A stretch of 64,000 bases of DNA, taken from the NCBI RefSeq assembly GCF_009914755.1, contig NC_060925.1. The stretch is one strand, 5' to 3'. Below the pieces are notes generated by a model that had not been told where the DNA came from, made no database searches, and was given only the letters and a program-made list of their open reading frames with translations. Both the position numbers and the translations under genes were made by a program. Of this stretch, positions 14,910 through 29,990 are shown piece by piece. Each line of letters starts with the position of its first letter. The first letter of the stretch is position 1. The stretch comes from the human T2T-CHM13v2.0 reference genome, Homo sapiens.

Positions 14910-15266
14910 AGACCATGGGAAAAGTGCAGTATTTGGGCAGAAGTGTACCACTCCTCCAGGTACAGTCACTCACGGCTTCCCTTGGCTAGGAATGGGAAAT
15001 CCCCCAACCCCTTGCATTTCCCCGGTGAGGCAATGCCCCGCCCTGCTTCAGCTTGCCTTCCATGGGCTGCACCCCCTGTCCAACCAGTCCCAATGAGATG
15101 AATCAGGTACCACAGTTGGAAATGCAGAAATCACCCATCTGCTTTGTCAATCTTGCTGGGAGCTATAGACCAGAGCTGTTCCTATTTGGCCATCTTGGAA
15201 GTGACCAGTGCCCCTAAAGTCTTAACGCATTCCAGTTTCAACTCTAAAGTCTAACATTTAAAGTCT

Positions 15267-15341
15267 AATATTTTTTCTTAACTTAATAAGGTTTTCTTTA
15301 ACTTTTGTTTTAAGTTCAGAGGTACATGTGCAGGTTTGTTA
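15267..15341 (-). mobile_element. Extremely 5'-truncated L1PA 3' end
   Basis: T-rich tail plus acttttgttttaagttcagaggtacatgtgcaggtttgtta; flanked by ttaaagtct at 15258-15266 and 15342-15350. Confidence 0.7.
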
Positions 15342-16531
15342 TTAAAGTCTCTCTAAAAATCATCTAAACTGGATATTGCCGAGACTTGAGATGTAATTCA
15401 TTATGAGGCAAAATTTTTCTCCAGCTGTGAACCTTTGAAACCAAATATGTTATCTGATTCCAAAATACAATAGTGGGACAGACATAGAATAAACATTCCC
15501 ATTCCAAAAGAAGAAGCAGGAAAGAAGGAAAGGTAGTTGGTTTCAAGCCAGTTCAAAACCCAACAAGGTATTCCATGAGATCTTAAGCCCGGAGAATAAT
15601 CCTCTTCAACACTCTGCCTTCTAGGCCTGGTGGTGTTGGGGTGAGGGGGTCATCCCCCTAAGGCTGTACATGGTGGTCTTGGCCCCACAGCTCTGCAGAG
15701 AGGTCCTGGCTCCCAAGCTTTGGTCAGAGGCCACCTGGCCTTTTAAAACTGAATGGTGACCGTGATAATCTCTGAATTGCCTTCAGGGCAATTTTTCTCT
15801 GTCTTTGAACAGTGCACGTTTATACCCAGATAGCTCTATCGTCTTGTCTTTCAAAATCCAAGAAGTCAAATATCCTTTCTTCATTTTGTCCAACCTCCAT
15901 CCCTCAGTTCAAGCTGACAGTGCTTCTGCTCCTATAATATCATAAACTCTTTATTGAGTGAAAGTCCAGCCACACCCTTGGTGTTCCTTTCAGAATATGT
16001 TTTTGCATTTTTTGCAATATCAATAGGCTGAATTTTCCAAATATTTAAGATCTAGTTCCTTGTTGCTTAACAATCCCTTCTTCAGTTCATCTCTGTCCTC
16101 TCACATATTACTATAAACAGTCAGGAGGAACTAAGATACTCCTTCAACACTTTGCTTAGAAATATTCTCAGGGAAATTTCCAGTTTCATTGCTTAGCAGT
16201 TCTACTTTCCAAAAAAACACTAGAACACAAACACAATTCAGTCAGGTTATTTCCCTCTTTATAACAAGGATTGCCTCTCCTTCAGGTTCCTACATGATCT
16301 TTGTTACCATCTGAGACTTCACAAGAATCACCCTTAATATCTATATTTATAGTATGCACCTTAAAACTCTTCCAGCCTCTACCCATTACCCATTTCCAAA
16401 GCAACTTCCACATGTTTAAGCATTTGTTACAGCAGCACCTCACTTCTCAGTACCAAAATCTGTATTAGTCTGGGTTATCCATAGAAACAGAACTGCTAAG
16501 AGATATAAATAGATAGATATAAAGAAGCTTA

Positions 16532-16971
<440 letters not shown>

Positions 16972-17080
16972 TTACTCACCCCTGTGTTCCTTTCAGGCCT
17001 TCAGTGGATTTCCATGAGACCCACCCACATTGGGCAGGATAATCTGCTTTACTCAGTCTACCAATTCCAATGTTAATCTT

Positions 17081-17388
17081 GGCCAGGTGCGGTGGCTCCT
17101 GCCTGTAATCCCAGCACTTCGGGATCGAGGTGTGTAGAGGCCAGGAGTTCAAGACCAGCCTGGGCAACATGGCAAAACCTTGTCTCTACTAAAAAAATAC
17201 AAAAAAATTAGCTGGGCGTCATGGCACATGCCTGGAGTCCCAGCAGCTAGGGAGGATGAGGTGGGAGGATCACCTGAGCCCTGGAAGGCGAGGCTGTAGT
17301 GAGCTGAGATCATGTGCCACTGCAGTCTAGTCTGAGCAATGAGAGTGAGACCCTTTTGCCAAAACAACAACAACAACAACAACAACAA
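17081..17388 (+). mobile_element. AluJ with (CAA)n tail
   Basis: Alu body; no TSD visible. Confidence 0.92.
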
Positions 17389-17441
17389 CCACTGTGGCTC
17401 CTATGGTCCATTCAAGTTGACACATAAAATTAACCATCACA

Positions 17442-18995
17442 TCCCCTGATTCCAATTCTTCTTTTCCTATACTCAGTTAAATCCACCCAAATATATGTCT
17501 ATCCTCACTACTTCATGGAAACTACTTTAGTTGAAGGATTCTTGAACTTTGATCTAGAACTTTGATCTAACAATGCCCTCTGCTTCGTTAAATTAAAATT
17601 GCTTATCTTACTTGACAAATTAGGAGGATTTGACATCATCAATTGTCTCCTCCTCCTTGACATATTTCGTTTGACTCTCAGGACACCACACTTTCAGTGT
17701 GAACCTGAAACCACGCTGGTTCATCTTTCTTGTCCTTTGCTGGCTCTTCAATTTTTCCATGACCTCTTAATATTAGGATAGATTTAGTTCTTGAATATCT
17801 CCTCTTCTTATACGTTTTCTGTTGAAAATTATATTCAATCTCATGACTGTAAACAAATCTGTATGTCCACAACTCTTAAAGATATCTTTAGCCCCAATTC
17901 CTCTGCTCAGCTCTCTACTCATTTATTCTATTGCCTCTAATAGACCTCTCAACCTCAGAATGTCCGAAATTGACCTCTTAATTGCCCCTACTTCCAAATC
18001 TGCTCCACTCACAGCCTTCTTCAACTCAAGTTATAATTTCCTTTCATCTTACTTGATTTCTTTGTGGCATTGGATACTATTGCTCACTCCAGGTTTCTTG
18101 ACACTTACTTTCTCAGCTTTGGTGTATCCACTTTCTCCTAGCTTTCTTCCAATGGCTCTGACATCCTGTACTTAGGCTCCCACATGGACTTCTTCTTATA
18201 CTCTTAAATTTTAGGCTTTAAACATTAATGTTTCTCAGACTTCCACTCTCAACTCTATTTCTCCAACCACCCATTCTCCAAGCTACAAACCTGATATTAT
18301 TCATAGTCTTCTCTTTTCACTTAGCATCCATGTTTCATTGATCAATTCTGATCAAAAATACCTCCATAATTATTCATATTCTTTCATGATTTTCTATTCC
18401 CACTACCACTATCTTAATTTAGGTCCTCATTGCTTCTTACCTCCTGACTTGTCTCCCTGCCTCTAATCTTAACCCTCTCTGACCCATCCACAACACAACA
18501 ATGGCTGTATCTTTCTAAAACACAAATCATCATATAATTTCTCTGATTAAAATATTTGCCTGCTTAAAATAGCATTCATATTTTAAATCTCCTGTTTTCA
18601 TGATCAAGTCCAAGCTCTATAACATATCACTCAAAACCCTGTGGAATATGAACCCTGCTTACCTCTCTGGCATCATCTGCCACTTGCATACACACATTCT
18701 TTGCTCCCATCATTCAAAATTTTTTGCAGTGCCCCAGATGTTTCAGGCAGCTTCATGTCTCCAGACTGTCCCACCTAATGTTTCCTCTGGATTCTCCGTC
18801 ATCTTCATCTACCCAATTCCTTCCTGTCCTTCAAAACACAGCTCCATTATCATCTCATCAGTTGATGAATTAGGCTTATCTGCTTTCCACTTGAGACTAT
18901 AAGATCATTGTGGGCCAGATCTAGGTCTTACTAGACTTTATGACTCCTCTGCTTAGCAAACAAAAAACAGTTGTTGGGCTAATTAATTAATTAAT
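17442..18995 (+). mobile_element. L2 fragments (probably two copies)
   Basis: tcttacttgac...tttgaca RT-region motif occurs twice (~17607, ~18047); L2 3' end agactataagatc. Confidence 0.7.
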
Positions 18996-19773
18996 AATCC
19001 ATCCACATCTTTGAATCTCCATCCTTAAATCCAACTACTGCTCCACATAAATTAGCACACACTGGGTCTTCTGAGAGGTCAGTCTTTGCCCCTCCTTCCA
19101 CCCCCAATTTTGCCTTTTCCATGTCTGTCTTAGTGCTCTAAGGATTTACCTGAGTCCCATCTTTCTATGAGGCTAATCAAAGATGCAGGAATATATCGGG
19201 AGTTCAGCCTTTCCAGTGAGTAGGATCTAAATCTAGGTTTAATATCCAAAGTGCCCTGGGCATATGTGTTTCCATAAGTAATCTGGCTGTGCCAGCCTCT
19301 GTCCCTGCTTTGTTGACCCTGTTTGTGCACCTGGGCTTTAGCCTGGGCCTCCCTTCCTACTATTCTACAGAAACATTAGAGACCTACCATGATAACTTTT
19401 GTAGCCTGTTCTAAGCTTTTTCTCTGGGATATGAGATCCTCTTTCTCACACCTCAGTCATTGGCTGGAGTTCTCATGACCAAAAGGATTTTTTGAAACCA
19501 CCATGACACCTCATCTGAATTCAAATATTGCCTCTGGTCTAAGTCTTCTACACCTCACTGAACAACGGAGGTTTCTTTGTGCTGAGATGCCAAACCAGAG
19601 GTGGAGGAGAGGTGGGGAATAAAGACTGAAGTATCAGAAGATGGCGGCGTGGGCAAGTTCATACTGAGAAATAGTCTGGTTTAGGGTCAAATACTGGAGC
19701 ATACTTTACTTTGGACAGCAAGTTACCCATCAAGAGCTATTTCTATAAATTGATCGATTCTGCACAGAACTAC

Positions 19774-20158
19774 TGTATTAGTTGGTTCTCACACTGCTAT
19801 GAAGAAATACCCGACACTGGGTAATTTATAAAGGAAAAAGTTTTTATTGACTCACAGTTCCACATGGCTGGGGAAGCCTCAGGAAACTTACAATCCTGGC
19901 AGAAGGCAAAGGAAAAGCAGGCACCTTCTTCAAAGGGTGGCAGGACAGAGTGAGTGCAAGCAAGCGAAATGCCAAATGCTTATAAAACCATCGTATCTGT
20001 TGAGACTTACTCACTGTCGTGAGAACAGTATGGGTGAAACTGCCCTCATGATCCAATTACCTCCCCCAATCCCACCCTTGACACATGGGGATTATGGGGA
20101 TTATGGGGACTACAAATCAAGATGAGATTTTGGGTCAGGACACAGCCAAAGCATATCA
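19774..20158 (-). mobile_element. THE1D solo LTR
   Basis: TGTATTAG...cctcaggaaacttacaatc...gagtgagtgcaagc...CATATCA; TSD actac/actat. Confidence 0.9.
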
Positions 20159-21028
20159 ACTATCCTCCTCCCCTTACCCACTGTCTTTTTGGTCGAAATT
20201 GGACACGCTTCACAACCAAACTTGCTTCAGTTATGCTAAAAGGATAACATATGAGAATTTCTCAGGATTAAATATATTTAAGTCTATAAGCCAGAGCTGA
20301 ATAAATGCTGTTCTGGTTTTCAAAAAGAGTAAATTAAATTTTACAAGCAACAGAGCTTAATAGCAAGCTCAAACTCTAAAATGAATAAACTAAATAATGT
20401 TTCATGAGAAAAACAAATGGTAATTACTAGGAGCAGCTTGGTCCATAAATAATCACTCTAGGTTAACCTCTTTTATATTAACCTCCTTATTAAAACTGGT
20501 TTCTCAGAAGCATGCCATTGACATAGCACAACTGTCCATCCAATACCATTTATTGAGTTTTACGTCTTTTAAAAACTCCTGGTTTTATTTTGGGATCAAG
20601 TTGAATATCTGTGATGAGAAGAGTAAATCCCTTTCTCCACCCCTGCCTTTTGGCACCACTGTGATGCTCTTAGACAGGTGTTCCACGCAAATGAAACATT
20701 TTTTTAAATTAAGAATGCAGATTATATATGCAGGCCCCACAAAACTTTCTTTGTATGAGGAGTTGACATAGCTCCTGAAAGAGAACTTATTTTAAAGAAA
20801 TCAGGCACAAGCTGATTCAGTAACAGAGCCTTGGTGGGAGAGAAGGGACAATTCTGAACAAAGAATGGTGTTTGACAATTATATTTATTGCTAAAAACAG
20901 TCTCCAAGGACTTATATTGCAGTCCTAGGAAGAGGGGAATGATGTAAGTAAAACCAAAGAACTGTGTATTAATTATTGCTGTGTAACAAATTACCACACA
21001 TTTAATGGCTGAAAACAGTTCACATTTA

Positions 21029-21442
21029 CAGATGCTCCTCAACTTACAATGGGGTTACATCTCAATAAGCCCACCATAAGTTGAAAATATTGTAAGTCAA
21101 AAATGCATTAAATATATCTAACTTACCGAACATCATAGTTTAGCCTAGCCTACCTTAAACATGCTTGGAACACTTACATTAGCCCACTATCAGGCCAAAT
21201 CATCTAGAAACACAGTACACTGTAGAGTACCCAGTTGTTTACCCTTCTGATTGTGTGGCTGACTGGGAGCTGTGGCTTGCTGCCACTGCCCAGCATGGAG
21301 AGAGAATATTGTACTGTATATCACTAGCCTGTGAAAATATCAAAATTCAAAATACAGTTTCTCCTGAATACTTAACGTCCTTTGTCCCATCATGAAGTCA
21401 CAAAAATCATAAGTTGAACCATAGTAAGTCAAGGACTGTCTG
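21029..21442. mobile_element. MER47B (TcMar-Tigger)
   Basis: CAGATGCTCCTCAACTTAC...GTAAGTCAAGGACTGTCTG with TA on both sides. Confidence 0.9.
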
Positions 21443-21752
21443 TATAAGCTCACAGAATCTGGGCATAGCTTAACTGGGTCCTCTCCTTCAAGGTCTCTCA
21501 TCAGGCTGCAATCAAGGTGTTGGCCAAGGCTGTGATCTCATCTGAAAGCTCAACCGAAGAGGATGATCTGCTTCCAAGTTCATGTGGTTGTTAGCAACAT
21601 ACAATTCCCTGTGTTTTGTTGGACTGAGAGCCTCAATTTCTTGCAGCTGACAGCCAGCAGCCACCCTCAGTTTCTTTTCACTGAGTCTCCCTAGCATGGC
21701 TGCTTGCTTCATGCATGCAAACCCAGAAGGCGATCAAGAGAGTCTGCTAGCA

Positions 21753-22545
21753 TGTAAATTAGCGCAACCACTATGGAGAACAGTTTGGTGGTTCCTCAAA
21801 AAACTAAAAATTGAGTTACTATATGATCCAGCAATCCCATTGCTGGGTATACCCAAAAGAAATGAAGTCAGTATATTGAAGAGATATCTGCACCCCTATG
21901 TTTGCTGCAGCACTGTTTACAATAGCTAAGATTTGGACAAACTAAGTGTCCACCAACAGATGAATGGATAAAGAATATGTTATACATATACACAATGGAA
22001 TACTATTCAGCCATAAAAAGAATAAGATCCCATCACTTACTACAACACAGATGGAACCGGAGATCATTTTACTTAGTGAAATAAGCCAGGCACACAAAGA
22101 CAAACACTGCATGTTCTCACTTATTTGTGTGATATAAAAATTAAAACAGTTGAACTCATGGACATAGAAAGTAAAAGGACAGTTACCAGAGGTTGGGAAG
22201 GATAGTGTGTGGGGCAGGGAGAAGGTGGGAATGGTTAATGGGTACAAGAAAATAGAAAGAATGAATAAGACCTATTTTATCATTTACCTATTTTATCATT
22301 TATCTGTTGTGCTATCGCACAACAGAGTGACTATAGTTAATAATAACTTAATTGCACATCTTAAAATAACTCAAAGAGTGTAAATGGATTGTTTGTTACT
22401 CAAAGAATAAATGCTTGAGGGGATGGATACCCTATTCTCCATGATGTGGTTATATCACATTTCATGCCTGTAATCAAAACATCTCATGTACCCCATAAAT
22501 ATATACACCTACTATACCCACAAAAATTAAAAAATAAAACTAAAA
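21753..22545 (+). mobile_element. L1MA1/2-like 3' fragment
   Basis: L1MA 3'UTR and A-tail; 17-bp TSD aagagagtctg[c/t]tagca (21736-21752, 22546-22562). Confidence 0.92.
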
Positions 22546-23831
22546 AAGAGAGTCTGTTAGCAATACAGAAGTTACAATACTGTCCAGTGTAATTGCAGTG
22601 TGACATCCCATCACCTCAGCCATATTCTGTTGGTTAAAAGCTAGTCACAGGTCTCATCCACACTCCTGTGAAGGGATTACATAAGCCATAATATCAGGGA
22701 CAGGGACATATGGAGCCCATTTTAGAATCTTTCTGCCTCAAACTGGTTCATCAAAAACTCTGAAAGTCACTGGAGTATCAGCAGCATGCTTTAGTAGAGC
22801 GTAACATAAGAGAAGAAGAAAGTATTTAGTAGTGGAATCTTCTCGTCAGTGTAAGAGCACAGAGAACCTAGAGGGACTTGGGAACAATCTGAGGCTGAAG
22901 GATACTAAAACAAACTAGAATTCCTTGTATTTTTGTTTCGGACCAGCCTTAAACGGGAAACACATTAAAGTCAGTAAATGTAAATAACCACACGGTGGCA
23001 GTAGATGCCAAGAAATTTTAAGTGTTACGTGTAACTGAGGGCATGGAAGAGCAAGTTTATCTCCCTATATGGCCACCCACGTTTTCCTTTCTGTCTGACT
23101 GCTGGAAGGAAAGGGGGAGGTAACTAGAATCTTTCCACACACTCATCCCTGAAGCACTACCCATAAAGTATTACCACTGAAGAGTGAGGACATAGACAGT
23201 TCACTGTATTCCTCCCCCAATTCCTAGAAGAGTAGTAAGGGTCTTAAGGCGGGAGAATGAGACCTCCTGAAATGCTTATGAAGCCTTCCCTTATCAAGTA
23301 CTCACAGCCAAATATTTCAGAGTGGCGTTAATTAAAACAATGTCATACTTGGTCTGCTGTGAAGTCTGCCTAGTTCAGAGTTGATACCACTGGGGAAATC
23401 CCAGGGGAAAATAAGTGTCAAATAAAAGAAGGAATATTATTTCCACAAATGAGAGACATTAAGGATAAAGGCTTAACACCATATAGGCATGCCTCACATA
23501 TATATACAGTGCATATATTCACACGTACACTGTACAGAATTCCATAGTTAGCATTACCCAGTCAGAGTGACTAGATCTGGCATTAATAAAAGAGGAGGTA
23601 ACTCAACAGAATTGAGTGCTCCAAAGTTGTATTACGAGAGAGGTTTTATTATCTGAGTTTATGTATAAACCGAGAAATCTTAATAAGACCTTTTCTGATT
23701 GTCTCATATCTTCTTAATTAGTCCATATCCAAAGGGGTTAATAACTGGCACTGTTCGAATTTGTTTAATCCTGAGATATTCTACAAAGGCAGTTTGGTGT
23801 TACAAAAGTGAAAGTTCCTTATATGTTTAGG

Positions 23832-23961
23832 TTTTCTTTTTTTCATAGACAAGGTCTCACTATATTGCCCAGGTTGGTCTCAAACTCCTGGACTCAAGCT
23901 ATCCTCCCACCTCAACCTCCCAAAGTGCTGGGATTACAGGCACGACCCTCTGTGCCCAGCT
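23832..23961 (-). mobile_element. FLAM (Alu monomer)
   Basis: Single left-arm reverse Alu. Confidence 0.85.
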
Positions 23962-24113
23962 ACGTTCTTTTTCTAGGTAATATAACATTCCCTTTTGCTA
24001 ATAGATGGGCCAAAGAGTTTGAAAGTGCCTCATCAAATCTAAAATGGTTGTGTTTGTTTTATATAAATGACAATGGTCCAATAGTTGGCTAGTCTTGGAG
24101 GGTTGGTAAATTT

Positions 24114-24472
<359 letters not shown>

Positions 24473-24933
24473 GTTGGTAAATTTTTAACATTATCTTTTG
24501 CCAACTATATACCCATACAAATCACAATAATATGTAATCACCTGAGGAGTTAATATGAGCAAAGATCTGAATCAATTGAAAAGGTGAGCTATGTAGAAAT
24601 ATGGGGAAAAGATTATTCCAGAATGAGAAAACAGCAAGAGCATGTTTGTTACATTCAAGGAATAGCAACATGGCCAGCCTGCTTGGAGTACAGTGAGAAT
24701 GGGATCATTTGCTAGACTCACAGAGAAAATTTTAAAAATAAGAAATAAAAGTTTAAAGAAAGAAAAGGAAAGAGTGGTGGGTGATGAGGTCAGAGGGAGA
24801 AGTAGAACCAGATTGTGTAGAGCCTTGCAAGCCACACCAAGGGCTCTGGATTTTACTCCAGGTGTGATGAAAACCAGTGGAGTTTTCTGAACACAATTCG
24901 TGGTTTTAAGAGGTAACAATAAAACATATATTC

Positions 24934-25032
24934 TTTTTTTTTTTAGGTTTGAAAAAGGAAAGTTTATTAGAAAGGAAGAACACTGCAAATGGGTGCAGGA
25001 GTGTGCCTCAGCAAGAGAACCAAGTGTGCCCC
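24934..25032 (-). mobile_element. Polyadenylated ERV-LTR 3' fragment (retrocopy, MER84-like)
   Basis: Minus strand TTCCTTTCTAATAAACTTTCCTTTTTCAAACCT followed by A11; AATAAA lies 18 nt before the tail. Confidence 0.55.
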
Positions 25033-25213
25033 TGACATACTCTAAGTCTTACATAAAATGTATGTGATATCTGTGATTCATACTTACTTGGAGAACTGAA
25101 CAAGTGAAGAGGTCTGAATTACAATACATTTGTGGGAAGAACTGACAGAATTGGATGAATTGAATGTGAAAATAGGAGATGGAAAAATCAAGAATTACTT
25201 CAAGGTTTAGAAT

Positions 25214-25598
25214 TGCTATGGTCTGAATATTTGTGTGCCCTCACCACCTGCCAATTCACATATTGAAACTTAATTCAACTCCCAATGTGATAGTATTAGG
25301 TGAGGCTTTTCGGGGGTGATTAGGTCCTTCAGGATAAGAGATTAATCCCATTTGTGCCACTTGCCAAATGGAATTAGTGTCCTTGTAAAACAGGCTGCCT
25401 TGCCCTTTCTACTGTGTGAGGACACAGGAAGAAGGTGCCATTTATGAACCAGGAAATGTGCCCTCATCAGATACAGAATCTGCTGGGGCCTTGATCTTAG
25501 ACTTCCCAGCCTCCAGAACTGTGAGAAATGAATTTCTGTTTTTTATAAGCCACCCACTTTTTGGTATTTTGTTCTAGCAGCCCAAATGGACTGAGATA
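25214..25598 (+). mobile_element. MLT1A0-like solo LTR
   Basis: TGCTATGGTCTGAAT...ttgatcttagacttcccagcctccagaactgtgag...gcagcccaaatggactgagata. Confidence 0.88.
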
Positions 25599-26630
25599 AG
25601 GGAGATGGGGAGGGAATGGAACATGTTAGGGAGCATATCAAGATGTGGCTTCAGACAAGTCAAACTTAAGATACCCAGGGAGTTGAGAATCATTTCAGAC
25701 CTAGAATCAGCAGAACTTGGTGACTAGCTAGATTGGAGTTAGCAAGGAGAAGTCTCTTGAGCTTGCTACGTTTGTCTCTTAGATGAACCATTCCTAATAC
25801 CTTCAGGTTTCTTCCAGGCACATAACCAATACAACTAGGATTGAAAATCTCCAGACTACGACAAACTCAGAATATTTTCCTACAATAATTGTAATATGTT
25901 GAGTAAATGCATCTGGTTCATATTTAGCTATAACTTCTTATTTAACAAAATCAAAAATAGTCATTGGAGAGGATATTTTTCGCCTTTCAATTGATAGTCA
26001 CCATGTCCTTTGGATTATGTAGCTAAAAAACAAAACTATTAAAATCACAGCCATCATAGTTACTTCAGAATTGTTGTGGCTCTGAGTGGATAATAGTAAT
26101 AACTATTGAGCAATAACTATTGAATAATAACAATGAACAATTATTTCAAGCCTGTCACTCATCATAGTGAGAGGATGACCAAAAGAAAAAATGGTTTCTG
26201 CTAGATGATCTTACAGTCAAGTTCAGAGACCAAGAATAGCAGGAAACAATTAGAAAACAAAGCTGGAAATTTGTGGCATTCACTACAAGTTAAAGTACAT
26301 AGAAGTGAAAGGATAGCATGAGATGGAGAATTTAATAAGGGCTTCATGAAGGAAGTATGCCTTGAATTCGACATCGCAAATGGATAGACAAAGGGATAGG
26401 TAGTTTATTTTAGACAAAAGCATGCAAAAACATTAACTTGGAAGGTACTGGAGTTGTGAGGAGATGGTTCTGACTAGAAAAAAGAGTTATGTTTTTGAGG
26501 ACACAGAGCAGTAAAGATAAATGGCAGAAGTACGAAAGTATAGGCAGTCCCCAACTGACAAACAGCTCACAATTATAAATGTACTCCCAGATTCTTTAAT
26601 ATTATGCACACATACAAATATCTCATGCTC

Positions 26631-27024
<394 letters not shown>

Positions 27025-27597
27025 CTACCAGCATTTGCACCCTGGCATTCTGCCTTCTCTCCTGTCCTCAGCATGAACGGTAGAGGTCTTATCTGAGGCT
27101 AATCCCTCTACTTGTACACCAAGTTTCTTCAATCTCACCTACTCAAGGGCATTGCCCCAGCAATTCTCCCTGTGTGGATTTCTTGTATTTGCCCCTCCAG
27201 ATCCATTTTCTACCCTGCTGTATGCCTGAATCGATATGTTCCCTTGGTCTCTGGCTTCCAGATGGTTTTGGTCAATGAGAAGGACTGGGGATCCCAGGAA
27301 AGGGCTGGGGATGTGTGGGGAAAAGCGAAGTGAAGTTGGAGCGTTTATTTTTCCAGCTCCCTCCCTGTGGGCTGGCTGAGTTCATCCACCAAATGGTACA
27401 AGCAGCCCTCTCCACACAGCTCTCTCATTCCAGGTTCTGGAATCCTTTCCCTTTCCCTTTCCCTTTCCCTTGTCCCTTCATGCTGAAAGGTGGTATTGAT
27501 GCCAAACTGTAACTAACCCCAGAGCACTGCACTAATCATTTCCTTACACTATGACCACAATTTTGTATAATGAATAGTCCTTCTTAAAACTCTCCTC

Positions 27598-28168
<571 letters not shown>

Positions 28169-29320
28169 AAAACTCTCCTTAAATTACCCAGTTTGCATGC
28201 ACCATCTGCTTCTCGCCAGGACCTAGACTGATACACTCCCCTTTCCTCTCCTACATCATAAGTTTTCCCGCTCTACTGATGTCACTCCCATCAGTAAATA
28301 GATGCGCTGTTATTTCTCCCATGTTAAAAACAAAGACGGTCCTAACCCCATTCTCCTGCTTCAGGTGCCAGATCATTTCTCAGCTCTAACTTACAGCAAA
28401 TCTCCTTTTAAGAGTTGTCTTACTAGTAGCCTTAGTAGAAACCTGTCAGGTTCTTCCTCACCTGTCCGGATTTCAGTTCTTCTTCTCCAAACCTGCTCCA
28501 TCTGTAATTTTCCTCATCTCGTTTAATGGCAATCCATATATCCAATTTCTGGGGCTAAAAATCTGGAGTCATGCTTGACTCCTCTGTCTTTCTCACTTTC
28601 AATCCACTAAGAAGTCCCGTTGGCTCTACCTTTGAAATATAAACAGAATTTGACCCCTTTTCACTACCTCTGCCGTTACCATACCAGTCAAATGCACCAT
28701 GATCTCACCTGGATTCTTGCAACAGGCCCCAACTAGTCTCCCTCCTTAGGTATTTTCCTCCTATGGACTTCTGTCAACAAAGTAGCCACAATGACAGTGT
28801 TAAAACGCAAATCAGATCAGGTCACTGCTCTGTTCAAAAGGCCCTAGTGGTGCCCTCTTTCACTCCTAGTAAAAGCCAAAGTCTTTCCAATTGTCTACAA
28901 AGCCCTACACAATCAGACCCTTGTTTCATCTCTTACTTCTCTCTTATTCTTCTCCAGCAACAGTGGCTGCTCAAACACATTTGTTATGCTCTTGCCTTAG
29001 TACTTTGTACTGGCCCAATTTCATTTCCTGGTGCACTGCTCCCTGAAATCTTTCAAAAGCCTATGAGAGGGGTAATTTTATTATACCCATTTTATAGAGG
29101 AAGAAATGGAGGCCTACAAAGGATAAATAGCTTTCATCTGAACCCTGGTGGTGTGATCTAGAGGTCACTAATTCACAAGCCCTGCCTATGCATATTAATG
29201 TCTTATGAGGAGACAAAAGGAATTCAGAAGACACAGAAATATTGCAAGAAACAGAAAGAAATTTTTTTTAATCAAAGAAATAGGAGAAAATATTCACTAA
29301 AAAAGAATAGGTTAATATGA

Positions 29321-29643
<323 letters not shown>

Positions 29644-29902
29644 AGCAAGGATTTTTTTAAATTCTTGAAATTAAAAATACAAGAGTCAAAAGAAAACAAT
29701 TAAACAAAAACTATGAAAGATAAAGTTGAAAGAAAGAAAAAAAACCTTCAAATGAACAGAACAAAAAGACAAGCAGATGGAATATATGGAAAAAGCAGTA
29801 AGAGATTTAGAGGACTTAAATGGAGAATCAAATACTTGATTAGTAGGAGCTGGGTGAAGGAGAGAGAAAAATGTAGATGAAGGATAATCTCAAAATAATA
29901 AC

Positions 29903-29990
29903 ACAAGAAAATTTCTCAATACCAAAATATATTAATCTCCATATTAACAAGAAAAGTTCTCAATACCAAAGTATATTAATCTCCAGATTA
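29903..29990. repeat. 44-bp tandem duplication
   Basis: acaagaaaa[t/g]ttctcaataccaaa[a/g]tatattaatctcca[t/g]atta twice. Confidence 0.9.

Larger units (their letters stand above)
20963..22741 (-). mobile_element. MLT1E/F-like LTR split by MER47B and L1MA
   Basis: ttgctgtgtaacaaattaccac...ggctgcaatcaaggtgttggcc...ccatattctgttggttaaaagctagtcacagg. Confidence 0.8.
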
